Source: Eledone cirrhosa (Eukaryota). From it: a stretch of 64,000 nucleotides of DNA. Under the pieces are notes generated by a model. That model did not search any database and had not been told where the DNA came from. It saw only the letters and a list, made by a program, of their open reading frames with translations. The stretch covers positions 1,054,001 through 1,118,000 of the forward strand of contig OZ024740.1 in NCBI GenBank assembly GCA_964016885.1. Direction: 5' to 3'. The position numbers were made by a program, and so were the translations under genes. Of this stretch, positions 25,151-37,563 are shown piece by piece; the first letter of the stretch is position 1, and every line of letters starts with the position of its first letter.

Positions 25151-25790
25151 TCATATTTCACATGAATAATGTTTTTCTCCATTATGTGTTCTATATCTTT
25201 TGAAGACACAGCTCAAGGCAAAATATTGGCCACACGTTTCACAATGGAAGGGTTTCTCTCCAGTGTGTATTGTCATATGTCTTTTCAAGTCACCACTCAA
25301 TGCAAAACATTTCCCACATATTTCACAATGGTAGGGTTTTTCTCCAGTATGACTCCACATGTGGATGACAAGATTAGAATTATAAGTAAAATATTCCCCA
25401 CATATTTTACAGTGGCAGGGTTTTTCTCCAGTGTGTATTCCTTTGTGTTTTACAAAATTAGCACCATGTGAAAAAGATTTTCCACATATTTCACATTGGA
25501 AGGGAAAAACCTTTCCAATGTGAAATATGTGAAAAATCACCAGTGTGTGTTCTTTTGTGAACTCCAAGACGGGTCTTCTGAGAAAGACATTTCCCACATA
25601 TTTCACAATGGTAGGGTTTTTCGCCAGTATGACTTCGCATGTGGATGACAAGTTTAGAATTATCAGTGAAAGATTTCCCACATATTTCACACTGGAAGGG
25701 TTTTTCTCCAGTGTGTATTTTCTCGTGTGAGGTTAGATTCAGTTTTGAAGGGAAAGTTTTCCTGCAAATATCACAGCTATATTCAGACAT
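25151..25790 (-). pseudogene. C2H2 zinc-finger array gene (about 7 fingers), frameshifted by an inverted duplication
   Basis: Repeated CEICGK.F...L..H...HTGEKP. The reading frame switches at the 25476-25538 hairpin. Confidence 0.85.
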
Positions 25791-27769
25791 ATTTCAAGCT
25801 AGTGATCTTTATACATAAAGGATTCCCACCACATTTACTTATATATTAAGAAATGTAGATATCGTTAATATATGCTATGTAGTCTAATATACAAAGGGTC
25901 CATAAAAGACTACAGAACTTGGCTTTCTTCTTCTACGAAGTTGTAATGTAGCATTTGGTTGGTACAAGTAATAAGATATATGACAGCCCAAGACAGATTT
26001 TCAACGAGAAAATTCAAGCGTATATTATATAATTCAATCAGAGAGAGAGTGTGAGAGAGGGGATGGGAGAGATAGAGAGATGTGTGTGTGTGTGTGTGTG
26101 TGTGTAGAAATATGTGTGTACGTGTTGTAATAAATCAAGATATTTCACTTCAGATAGAAAAGTTCGCAATGTTTGTGTTGTGATAGAAAATGAAATAATA
26201 CGTACTTTAGTTTTCAAGACCAAATATAAAGTCAAGAAAAGTTAGTAAAAACTAAATGTTCACTGATTTCTGATTAAAATAATATTTTCCTGTCCTGTAA
26301 AATGTTGAACAACCACTTCACCATGTTGGGGCTTGTTCGTGATGAAATGAAATATTTAATAATACAGGTGATAAAACAACAACTATAAGGTAAATAAGTC
26401 ACCTGATGTTATTTATAAACATTAACATCCACCTTAATATGAAATAATCACCATAAAAGAGGAAGCGAGAGCATCGACTACCGGCACCCAGCTGCTCTCG
26501 GGATCCTGAGTGGGATCTTCCGGCGCCGCCTGAGCCAAGTGATGTTGACAAGTGAGGCTTGGACATCAAGCAAGCTCGCTGTCTCATCTGGTGTTGTGCT
26601 AGACGGCCATGGCTGGGCAGATGAGGCGAAGAAACAGTTTCAGCTTCTCCACGCTGCGAGGGCACTGGAGGCTTGACGCGTCAAGCCAACACAGGTGAGG
26701 TGGTGGAAGCAACCGCACCCCAAACAGTTCCAGCCCCTCTTCCGTCTATTCGTGGTGCTACAGGTGTCGATTGCAGGGGATGGAGAATTTTTGTTTCGGG
26801 GGGGACTGGGGCACCAAGCGACATCAGGGGTGAGTAGCTGGTTGTCACCAGCCTAGGTGCTAGGCACAACTGTGTGGGTGGAAGGGAGCATGCTGATAAG
26901 AGGGCCTCATAGCTCACCTACATCAGATATGGAGGCATCAGAAGACAAGAAAGAAAAGAAAGGGGGTGCATGAGGGGGACACACAAGAAGGTAGAATGTT
27001 AGCAAATAAATAAATGAATGAATGGATGAATGTACAAAAAAGAAAACAGGGGGTTGTTCCCAGTGGGAAGACCCAGAGTTCAGCACGCACACATGCGAGC
27101 ATGTTAGCAGTTTCTAATAGAACCTTGTGGCTAAAGGTGAGTCTTTCAATCCTGAAAACATGTGTTGTTGTTATTGTCACTGATGATGGAGTTGGCTTCC
27201 TCTTGTTAATGGTAGTGTTTGCTGGTAAGTTGTTGGTGTATGCACATATATGTTGTTGTTGTTAATGTCACCGCTGCTGTCGCTGCCTTCCTCTTGTTGA
27301 TGGTGGTGGTAGTTGAAACTGCTACCTATTCGGGCTGCCAGGATGGTTGCTGGGACTCGAACGCCTTCTTTAACCGAAGATGCGGGTCATTGTTATTGTC
27401 ACTGTTTCTGTTGTTGCCTTCCTCTTGTTAATGGTAGTGATAATTGTTGGTGCTACCTATATCGGCTGTCAAGCTGGCTTCTGTGAGTGACGCTCCAATG
27501 GCCTTCTTGACTGAAGATGCAGGTCAATGTCTTTTGGCATTGTTTGGCAATACAACGGCAAATAAATACATTTTCTATTTTCTTTTCTTTTCTTTCTTTC
27601 TATTCCGATTCAATATCATCAATTGGAAAGACCAATGGAAACATTGTTTCCTTGGTCCAATCTAATGAGTTCCACTCCACTTGGTAAGTAAGAACTGAGA
27701 TGAGATTTATTACAAAAAAATCACTAAAATCAAGATACTGGGTTGGTATAACTACCTGGTTTATATGTG

Positions 27770-28440
27770 TCTGTTGTGGTGTGGTATGTGGTGTGTTGTG
27801 GAGTTTTGATGTGGTGTGGTGTGTGGTGTGTGTTGTGCTGTGGTGTGTTGTGGTGTGTGGTGTGGTATGTGGTGTGCGTTGTGGTATGGTATGTAGTGTG
27901 TTGTGTGGTGTGGTATGGTATGGTGTGGTGTGGTGTGGTGTGGTGTTGTGGTGTGGTGGTATGGCGTGGTGTGGTGTGGTATGGTATGTGGTGTGGTGTT
28001 TTATGGGGTGTGGTGTGGTATGTGTTGTGGTGTGGTGTGCTGTGGTGGTGTGGTGTGGTGGGGTGTGGTATGATGTGTGGTGTGGTATGTTGTGCTGCAG
28101 TATGTGGTGTGGTATGTGTTGTGTTGTGGTATGTGGTGTTGTGGTATGGTATGTGGTGTAGTGTGGTATGTGGTGTGTTGTGGTGTGGTATGGTATGTGC
28201 TGTAGTGTGGTGTGTTGTGGTATGGTGTGTGGTGTGGTGTGGTATGTGATGTGTTGTGGTATGTTGTGGTGTGGTGTTGTGTGGTATGATGTGTATATTG
28301 TGGGGTTTTGATGTGGTGTGTGGAGTGGTATTTGATGTGGTGTTTTATGGGGTATGGTGTGGTATGTGTTGTGGTGTGGTATGGTGTGGCATGATGTGTA
28401 TATTGTGGTGTTTTGATGTGGTGTGTGTGTGCAGGGTGAT
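27770..28440. repeat. Degenerate (GGTGT)n satellite, paralog of 19783-21460
   Basis: Same flanks (CAAGATACTGG..GGTATAACTACCTGGTTT upstream, AGGAGTCTACCCC-like sequence downstream). Confidence 0.9.
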
Positions 28441-29429
28441 GTGTAGTATAAAGAAGAAATTTTACACACATAGGACCTAGGAGGGGTGTGTGAGGACTCT
28501 ACCCCCTACAACCCTCTCAGAAATAAATGGGTGAAGAAAAAGAGAAGAAAGTTGTAAAGTATTTTCAAATGTGAATTATTTTTTTTAAAAGTCAAAATTT
28601 GAACTGTCATGAAAGTACCACCCAACAAATATTAAAGTTATGCAATTGTTTTTATTTACACATGTGGATATTTTGTCATAAATATAAATATAAACCAGTT
28701 AAGGTTTACAAAATAAACACATATAAACACATCAATGTTTTTTTGGGGTTTAAGTGAACGTAGTCATAAGGGTGGAACTGTGGACATTTGAAGCTTGGTG
28801 GAGCCCTTCTCTCTCCAGGTTTGAACAGTTGATTTCTTCCAGAGAAGGAGAGAATAAGAGGGAGGAAGTGAGATAGAAATATAGAGAGGAAGAACAGACC
28901 CCAGTGATAGACTGGTATTGTTTTTTATCAACCTTTAATGGACGAAAGAAAGTTGACCTCAGCAGGATTTAAACTCAGAGAGCAGAGAACCAGGATAAAT
29001 ATGGCAGAAAGCATTCTATTTATTGTTTTATAGACTTTAAATAAATGTTTCTACTTTTGACTCAAGGCCAGCAATTTGAAGAGAAAGGGGAATGCCAATT
29101 AAATCAGGCCCAGTGCATTACTGTTACTGTTTTTTATCAACCTTGAATGGAAGAAAGTCAAAGTTGACCATGGCATGATTTAAACCCAGAACATAAAGGA
29201 CTAACTTTGACACAAAGCATATCGTCTGACACTCTACTGATTCTGCAAATCCACCACCCTCAACAATGAAATGAGATTGTGTCTCTGTAAGAGCCCTTAA
29301 TAACAAATAATATGAAGGGGTACTTTCTACAGGGTGTATTTGTTAATTACAATACAAAACCTCTGAGAATGATTTCCAACATATTTCACCATAATAAATG
29401 TTCATTAATATATATTAATATTATTATTA

Positions 29430-29886
29430 TTTTCTGCTAGCATATGTAGTGTGCATATTGATATTATACACAGGTATATATACATGTAGATATGATACAT
29501 GAAATAAAATCGTAATCGACAATATATAATACATAGAAATTGAACGAAGACTGAGTTTCACTGTCTTATTTAATCAATAAGGTAATCCATGGTGCATTAA
29601 AAAAGACAATATTATATATAAACTGCATTAGGAGAAAATTAGTGAGGGAAATATATGAATGTTTATTTAAGCGATCGTCACTGGAAGTGTTGACATTTCC
29701 GAAATTTTAAAGAAGTGAATCTTTAAAAAAACAAAATATATTTAATCAACACCCACGAAATTTAGTAGATAAATTATGTAATATTCATTCATTATTTATT
29801 GAAATTAATGCAACTTATTTTACGAATGGGATAACAAATTATAAACTGTACACAGTCCCGCAATCCTTAATTTATTATGGTTTAGA
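29430..29886 (-). mobile_element. Non-autonomous Helitron family 2, 3'-damaged copy
   Basis: Homologous to 32193-32658 and absent from the paralogous site near 24785. Confidence 0.65.
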
Positions 29887-30337
29887 TTTATTAGGTCAGG
29901 TGGATTGGCCAGAACAATTCTACTCTTCTTTTTTAGATGTCACGATCTCCCATGGCATTCCTGAGATCATTAATCTCCAGCTGGACATCCTGAAACATCT
30001 GATCTATGTAGGTCAATCTCAGTCATCCCACTAGGGTGTTACAATGTTTAGGTATCCACAACAATAGCCAGCTCATCCTATCCTCAGTAGCAATGTCCAG
30101 CATATCTTGTCCTCCGCTCCCTAGTTATTGTGGTAATCTTTGATATATGTCAGTATATTTCTTCCCTTTGAGTAATGTGTTAAAAAATAAAAATAATAAA
30201 AAATATATATACACACACACATACACACACAACATATATGTTGAGATGTATAAGATTTCTCAAGCTTCATATTTTATATTCTGCCTTCCAAAGTGTGTCT
30301 ATATATTTGTGTTTTTCATATTTCACAGTGATGGGGT

Positions 30338-31015
30338 TTATCGCAAGTGTTGACTACGTAGGTGAACAACCAGTGACGAATTCTGCGTGAAAGATTTACC
30401 ACATATTTCACATGAATAAGGTTTTTCACCAGTATGTATTCTTTTGTGACGTTCAAGAGGAGAACTCTGAGAAAAAGATTTCCCACATATTTCACAATGG
30501 AAGGGTTTTTCACCAGTGTGTATTCTTTTGTGATCTACAAGATGAGAACTACAAGAAAAAGATTTCCTACATATTTCACAATGGAAGGGTTTTTCACCAG
30601 TGTGTGACCTTTGGTGACGTACAAGATGATAACTCTGAGAAAAAGATTTCCCACATATTTCACAATGGAAGGGGCTTTCACCAGTGTGTATTCTTTTGTG
30701 ACATACAAGATTAGAACTACAAGAAAAAGATTTCCCACATATTTCACAATGGAAGGGTTTTTCACCAGTGTGTGTTCTTTTGTGAGGTTCAAGATGAGAC
30801 CTCTGAGAAAAAGATTTCCCACATATTTCACAATGGAAGGGGTTTTCTCCAGTGTGACTCCGTATGTGGATGACAAGATTAGAATTATTAGTGAAAGATT
30901 TCCCACATATTTCACAGTGGAAGGGTTTTTCTCTACTGTGTATTTTCTCATGTGAGGATAGTTTCAGTTTTGAAGAGAAAGTTTTCCTGCAAATCTCACA
31001 GCTATATTCAGACAT
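30338..31015 (-). CDS. C2H2 zinc-finger protein (7 canonical fingers plus an 8th with HX4H spacing), single exon
   Basis: 225-aa open frame of tandem Kruppel-type fingers with TGEKP linkers. Confidence 0.85.
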   Translation of the reverse strand: MSEYSCEICRKTFSSKLKLSSHEKIHSREKPFHCEICGKSFTNNSNLVIHIRSHTGENPFHCEICGKSFSQRSHLEPHKRTHTGEKPFHCEICGKSFSCSSNLVCHKRIHTGESPFHCEICGKSFSQSYHLVRHQRSHTGEKPFHCEICRKSFSCSSHLVDHKRIHTGEKPFHCEICGKSFSQSSPLERHKRIHTGEKPYSCEICGKSFTQNSSLVVHLRSQHLR

Positions 31016-31135
31016 ATTTCATAAAAGAATCTCACCACTTTCACTCATATATTAAGAAATGTAGCATTCAGTTGGTAAAGTAATAAGATGTGTGAAAGCG
31101 TAAGACTGATCTTGGAAGAAGAAAAAGCAAGTGCT

Positions 31136-31170
<35 letters not shown>

Positions 31171-31325
31171 ATATTTTTTTTATTTTTGTTAAGGTGAGAG
31201 AAGTTCTATTCACAATAAAATCCTCAGCTCATAAAACAGACGAATCGATCTTCTATAGTTAAAGTTCTTGTTATTGAGGACAGTTCAGGTGACAAGAGAA
31301 TATCCATAATTTCAAAAGATGAAGA

Positions 31326-31363
<38 letters not shown>

Positions 31364-32192
31364 CATACAGTGTGTACGTATGAGAGAAATAAATAAATAG
31401 ACGTGTGTGTGTGTGTGTAGAAATATGTGTGTAGGTGTTGTAATAATTCAAGATATTTCACTTCAGATAGAAAAGTTCACAATGTTTGTGTTGTGATGGA
31501 AAACGAAATAATACGTACTTTAGTTTTCAAGACCAAATATAAAGTCAAGAAAAGTTAGTAAAAACTAAATGTTCACTGATTTCTGATTAAAATAATATTT
31601 TCTTGTCCTGTAAAATGTTGAACAACCACTTCAAAAATACAGGTGATAAAACAACAACTATAAGGTAAATAAGTCACCTTATGTTATTTACAAACATTAA
31701 CATCCACCTTAATATGAAATAATCACCATAAAAGATAAAATTAGATGAGGTTTAAGTTGTAACAATGGAGCTGATATAAATGGTAAATTTACACTGTCTA
31801 GTTGACACCGGTGTCATGACTTAAATGTCCCCTACATAATTTAATATATTCAGAAACAACTTCCGTTATATTAGTTGCTGGCCTTGTGCCAAAAGTAGAA
31901 ACAGTTATATTGCTTCACACCTTCAAATCTATATGTTAGTTCTTTATTCAGATTTGTATAAATAACATTATTAATGTTACATAGCTGTTCATATTAAAAC
32001 AAAACACATTATTAAAGGTAATAAAATATTTAAGAAATGGAAATGTAAAGTATTTTAAACATAAATGTAGATATAAATTGTAACGATGGGGCCATTGTAG
32101 ATATCTTTCCACTGTCTAGTTGACGCCGGTGTCATGACTTAAAAGTCCCCTTCATAATTTAAAACATTCAGAAACAACTTCCGTTATATGAA

Positions 32193-32658
32193 CTAGCAGA
32201 AAACCACTTCGGGCGGTTTTCTGCGAGCGTGTGTAGTGTGTATATTGATGTTATACACAAGTATATATACATGTAGATATGATACATCAAATAAAATCGT
32301 AATTGACAATATATAATACACAGAAATTGAACGAAGACTGTTACACTGTCTTATGTAATCAGTAACATAATCCATGATACATTAAAAAAGACGATATTAT
32401 ATATAAACTGCATCAGCAGAAAATTAGTAATGTTTATTGAAGCGATGGCCAACCGGAAGTGTTGACATTTCAGAAATTTTAAAGAAGTGAATCTTTAAAT
32501 ATACAAAATATATTTAATCAACAGCCACGAAATTTAGTAGATAAATTATGTAATATTCATTAATTATTTATTCAAAGTAATCCAACTTATTTTACTAATG
32601 GGATAAAAAATTATAAACACTACGCAGTCCCGCACTCCTCCTTTTATTATAGTTTAGA
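32193..32658 (-). mobile_element. Non-autonomous Helitron family 2, complete
   Basis: On the minus strand: A|TCTAAACTATAATAAAAG...GCAGAAAACC-N9-GGTTTTCTGC hairpin, then CTAG|T. Confidence 0.8.
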
Positions 32659-32875
32659 TTCATACGTTCAATAGATATGCTAGTACTTTATTCAGATTTG
32701 AATTAATAACATTATTAATTTTATATAACTGTTCATATTAAACCAAAACACATTATTAAAGGTAAAGTACCAGTAATGCACTGGGTAATTGCTGGCCTTG
32801 TGCCAAAGGTAGAAACAATTATTAAAGGTAATAAAATATTTAAGTAAGGGAAAAAAAACGAGTCAAACAACGAAA

Positions 32876-33065
32876 ATAATTGTTTCTGTTTTAGGCACAA
32901 GGCCAGCAATTAATCCAGTGTATTACTGGTACTTTATTTTATCGACCTAGTAAGGATGAAAGGCAAAGTTAACCCTGGCGGGTTTTGAACTCAGATCATA
33001 AAGGGAGGTAACTCTATGCTACAAAGCATGGCGTCCGACGCTCTGCTGACACTCTGCCAATCCAA
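32876..33065 (-). mobile_element. tRNA-SINE copy (an opposed fragment lies at 32762-32825)
   Basis: Similarity to 48783-48962. Confidence 0.7.
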
Positions 33066-33829
33066 CGAAAATAACGGGAGAGGGACAGACTTTATATTTC
33101 AGTCTGATTTGTGATCCTGCCCCACCCTACAGACAAAATGGCAAAGGTGTTACCACAAAGAATAGCCAGAGACACCCACTGCAACATCCTTCCTCAAGTG
33201 GGCAGCTGTGTTTCTAATTTTGAGAAGGAAATCAGCAGTGTGGGGACAAAGAGGAAGTGGTTAGTCAGGCCCCGGTATTTAACTATCTTCCTCTTCCCTC
33301 TATTGCAGGTAGTAAAGCCTGGGTTTGTGGCTGCAGGAAAAATGTTGGAGGCAGAGAATGATCCAACCCATGCTAAACCTCCAAGTTAGCTAGGTTGAAA
33401 AGAATACTAATTTAACATAATATGGTTTGCAAGTCTTGATTTAAAATAATAAATCAATAAAAATAAACCTATTTTGGCAATGGCGGTGATACCTGGACAA
33501 ATTTTAAATCTGTTTGACAAATTTCAAATTTGTTTCGCAACAATTAAGTGAAAGTTACTATTTCTGTGCTCTTCTGCAGGTATCCAGAAATTGGTACCTT
33601 CCACTTCAAAATACTTAAGAAGACTGAGAAAGATGTGTTGTTGAAAGCACGTGTGTCAGCATATCCGTGCCGCTAAAAATAGCAGTTGGTTTTATGGGAC
33701 TAAAAAATTAGCTCAACGCATGGAGCCATAAATATCAAATATTGAGTTATAAACTCGAAATTTTTTATAAAGCTGTCATCTTTCATGCGCATCAGGTGAC
33801 CATATCAACGTAATCTTCTCTCAAGTAAA

Positions 33830-35070
33830 CAGCATCTGATCCCTCTTATTGCTAATTCTCACTTAGTTTGGTTCCTTTCCAATCTGCGCTGGTCCTCTGC
33901 ACACAATGCCCATGTCTCACTGCCATGTAACATTGCTGTTCGTATACAAGCATCATACAATCTGCCTTTCATTTTTAGAGAGAAACTTTTGTGTCTAGCA
34001 ACGGTATAAGCTCTCTGGGCTTTTTCCACCCCGTTCTAACTCTGGCTACTACACTTTCAGAGCACCCTCCACCACTGCTGATTTTGTCACCCAGGCAACG
34101 GAAAGTGTCCACTATTTCTATAGAACCATCTGGGCAGTAGAAGGTGCTAGTATCCTGTGGGTACTTGCTGCTTATTTCACATGAGCATCTGCCACATATA
34201 AAATCTACATTCTTAGATAGCTTACTTGTGATCTCACTTCACTACATCTTTTATGTACCCATAGAATGGAATTTCTACCTACTCCTTTCCTACACACTGA
34301 GCAAGGCACCAGTGCCCTAATTTCTTTTCTACATACTAACCCTTTAGTCTTAGACAAGTTAACTTTAAGGCCTTTTGATTCAAGGCCATGCCTCCATTTT
34401 GGGAATTTCTCTAGTTCAGCCATAGATTCGGCTATGAGAGTTAGATCATCTGTGTATAGGAGTTCCCATGGGCAGCTGGTCTTAAACCCCTCTGTTATAG
34501 CCTGAAGGACAATAATAAACAGGAGGAAGCTAAGGATGGGACCTTGCTGAACAATTACTTTTACACTAAATTCTTCACTATATTCATTGTTAATTCTAAC
34601 CTTGCTGACTGTTTCTTTGAACATGCCATTCATCTCCTCCTACTTTTCTAAGGGCCCACCAGATAATGGAGCGGGGACTCTGTCAAAGGCTTTCTCCAAG
34701 TCAACAAAAGCTAAGTAGGAGTTTACTTTTAACTAGCTACTTCTACTGTAGTTACTGTACAAGGAAAAAAAGCATCTGTGGTACTTTTACCTGGCACGAA
34801 CCCAAACTGCATTTCATCTAGAACAATTCTGTCTCTGATTAGTTGTGCTATAACTCTTTCTGTGACCTTCATGACCTGGTCAAATACCTTAATGCCTCTA
34901 TAGTTTCCTCTATTTAGAAGATCTCCTTTGCCATTGTAGCAGTTAACGATGATGCTGCTACGCCAGTCATCTGGTATGACCCCATTCTGTATTGGTTTAC
35001 TATCTGGGTGTCCATAGTATGTCCCACCATTCCAGATGCTTTCAACATCTCAACAACTATCTCCAAAAGC
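33830..35070 (-). mobile_element. Decayed RTE-type LINE reverse transcriptase fragment
   Basis: QQGPILS.LLF...WELLYTDDL...GLKVNLSKTK, FVDLEKAFDRV-like motif; many stops. Confidence 0.75.
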
Positions 35071-35349
35071 CCAGCTGCCTTGCCTGTCTTCATATCTTTG
35101 ATTGCTCAGTCAGTAGCAGCTCTGCTTACTAACCTCAGGGCTACAACATTACATAGTTTCCAATCTCAGCCTCTCCGCTCCTCTCGATAGTGCCAGAGGA
35201 GTTATCTACTACTCTTTTTACTTAGTTCCATGTCACTGAAAAAGAGCAAAGATGGCGCGGCGATCGGCTTTCAGGAGGAGCGGTGAGAGACGACGATACA
35301 TGGAAGGAGCAAAAATAGAGAGAGATAGACAAATAAATGTGTGTCACAC

Positions 35350-36190
35350 TCTTTCTCTCTTTACATCTTTTATTCTATCTAACTCGTCCTTCTCCCCCTC
35401 TCTTTACATCTTTTACTCTATCTACCTCGTATTTCTCACCCTCTCTTTACATCTATTACTCCATCGCCCTCTTATTTCTCTCCCTCTCTTTACTTCTATT
35501 ACTCTATCTACTACTTATTTCTCCCCCTCTGTTTAGGTATATTCTCTATGTACCTGTAGTAAGAGTTGCCTCCCTTGTTGCGATCATATCACCAGTAGCG
35601 CTCTCTAGACAGGAAGTAGCTGGAGTTAATTCCCGTTGTGGTTGCAGAGCCTTCTTTGTCACTGCCGTCCAAGGACCCTATAAAAGAGATAGCTGAAAGC
35701 TCTCTCCCTCTCTTTTAACCTGCCTGGCCCTTCGGCCAGGAGTCTTCTGCCAGAGGGTATACTCTCTGGCAACCTGAACATGGTAATGAAAAGACCACTT
35801 GGTCTCTTCCGAGATGACTTCAAAAAGGGTAAACAACTAACTTTAATTCACCCTTTCATCTCTCTTGGCATGTCAACTATTCTGCTCTACATAGCTCAAC
35901 CTTGTTAAATAAACATTGTACATACAACCGAGTGTCTTGTTATGTTCATACAACCCAATGTCGCTGTTATAATTGGTGACCCCGAGAAAAAAATAATAGG
36001 ATCTGGTGTTGGTGTCTTGTTATGTTCATACAACCCAGTGTTCCTGTTATATACCGATTATTTCTCCCCCTCTCTTTATATCTATTACAGTATCTCCCTC
36101 TTAGTTCTCACCCTCTCTTTACATCTATTACACCATCTCCCTCTTAGTTCTCACCCACTCTTTACATCTATTACTCTATCTACCTCTTAT
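35350..36190. repeat. About 43-bp CT-rich minisatellite interrupted by the LTR element
   Basis: Units like TCTCCCCCTCTCTTTACATCTATTACTCTATCTACCTCTTATT at 35350-35530 and 36060-36190. Confidence 0.7.
35555..36051 (+). mobile_element. Internally deleted LTR retrotransposon (5' LTR 35555-35971, PBS 35974-35985, 3' LTR remnant 36012-36051)
   Basis: TG start, TATAAAA, AATAAA, PBS TGGTGACCCCGA (complementary to the tRNA-Trp 3' end), repeated LTR end, TACC target-site duplication at 35551-35554 and 36052-36055. Confidence 0.8.
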
Positions 36191-36502
36191 TGCTATCGGT
36201 GTACATATATGCATATATATATATATATATGCGTATATATGTGTATGTATGCGTATATATGTGTATGTATGTGTAACTAGGTGTACTGGAGCAATGTGAA
36301 GTGAAGTCTCTTGCTCAAGAACACATTTTGTGGAGTTATATGATCGTTTCTTGTTATAAAGCTACTTATACGACCGGCGTAACAGTCGGTATAGGTGAAA
36401 GAGGTAGAAATAAAAGGCTGTAGCAGCGATATAAATAAAGATGGAGTAGTTTAACATGTATAACCTAAATTGAATATTTAATGGAATTAAATATTCAATC
36501 TT

Positions 36503-37563
36503 GTGATGTTCCTCGTGGGGGCGCTTGGCTGTTGCCGGATCTCACACTTCCCATCACCCGAGGTAACTGGTGATGCTTGTGAGAGCACTTGGGTATTCCA
36601 ACACCCCAGCTGCGCCATCCACAAGGTAACTGGTCATGCTCCTCGTCAGGACGCTTGGCTATTCCAGCACCTCTGCCTCCCCATCATCCGAGGTAACTGG
36701 TGATGTTCGTGAGGGCACTTGGATATCCCAGCAAAACGCGAGGTAACAGGCGATGTTCTTCGGGGTGCGCTTGGCTGCTGCCGGATCTAACCTTCGCCAT
36801 CACCTGAGTTAACTGGTGATGTTCCTCGTGAGGGCGCTTGGCTGTTGACGGATCTCACCCTCGCCATCACACGAGGTAACTGGTGATGCTCCTCGTGAGA
36901 GCGCTTGGCTATTCCAGCACCTCAGCCTTGCCATCAACAGAAGTAAATGGTGTTGCTCCTGTTGAGGGTGCTTGGCTATTCCAGCCCCTCAGCCTTGCCA
37001 TCACCTGAGGTAACTGGTGATGTTCCTCGTGAGGGCGCTTGGCTGTTGCTGGATCTTTCTCTTGCCATCAGTATTCCAGTACCTCAGCCTTGCCATCACA
37101 CAAGGTAACTGGTGATGGTCGTGAGGGCACTTGGCTATCACAGCACCCCAAATGCGCCAACACCCGAGGTAACAGGTGATGTTCCTCGTGGGGGCGCTTG
37201 GCTGCTGCCGGATCTCACCCTTGCCATCACCCGAGGTAACTGGTGATCCTCGTGAGGACGCTTGGCTGTTGCAACACCTCAACCTCGACATCACATGAGG
37301 TAACTGGTGTTGCTCCTTGTGATAGTGCTTGGCTATTCCAGCACCTCAGCCTTGTCATCAGCAGAAGTAAATGGTGTTGCTCCTCTTGAGAGTGCTTGGC
37401 TATTCCAGCCCCTCAGCCTTGCCATCACCTGAGGTAACTGGTGATGTTCCTCGTGAGGGCGCTTGGCTGTTGCTGGATCTTTCTCTTGCCATCACCCGAG
37501 GTAACTGGTGATGCTTATGAGGACACTTAGCTGTTGCAACACCTCAGCCTCGCCATCACCGAG
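36503..37563. repeat. About 67-bp GC-rich minisatellite
   Basis: Unit CCATCACCCGAGGTAACTGGTGATGTTCCTCGTGAGGGCGCTTGGCT plus a variable tail. Spacing is mostly 64-67 bp. Confidence 0.9.

Noticed and set aside
25151-25153. TGA at a Cys position read as selenocysteine
   Set aside because: The finger pattern does not continue downstream and no SECIS was recognised. A simple ancestral nonsense change is more likely.
36503-37563. CRISPR-like array (hairpin repeat plus variable part)
   Set aside because: The variable parts are related and recurrent rather than unique spacers. There are no cas genes and the context is eukaryotic.
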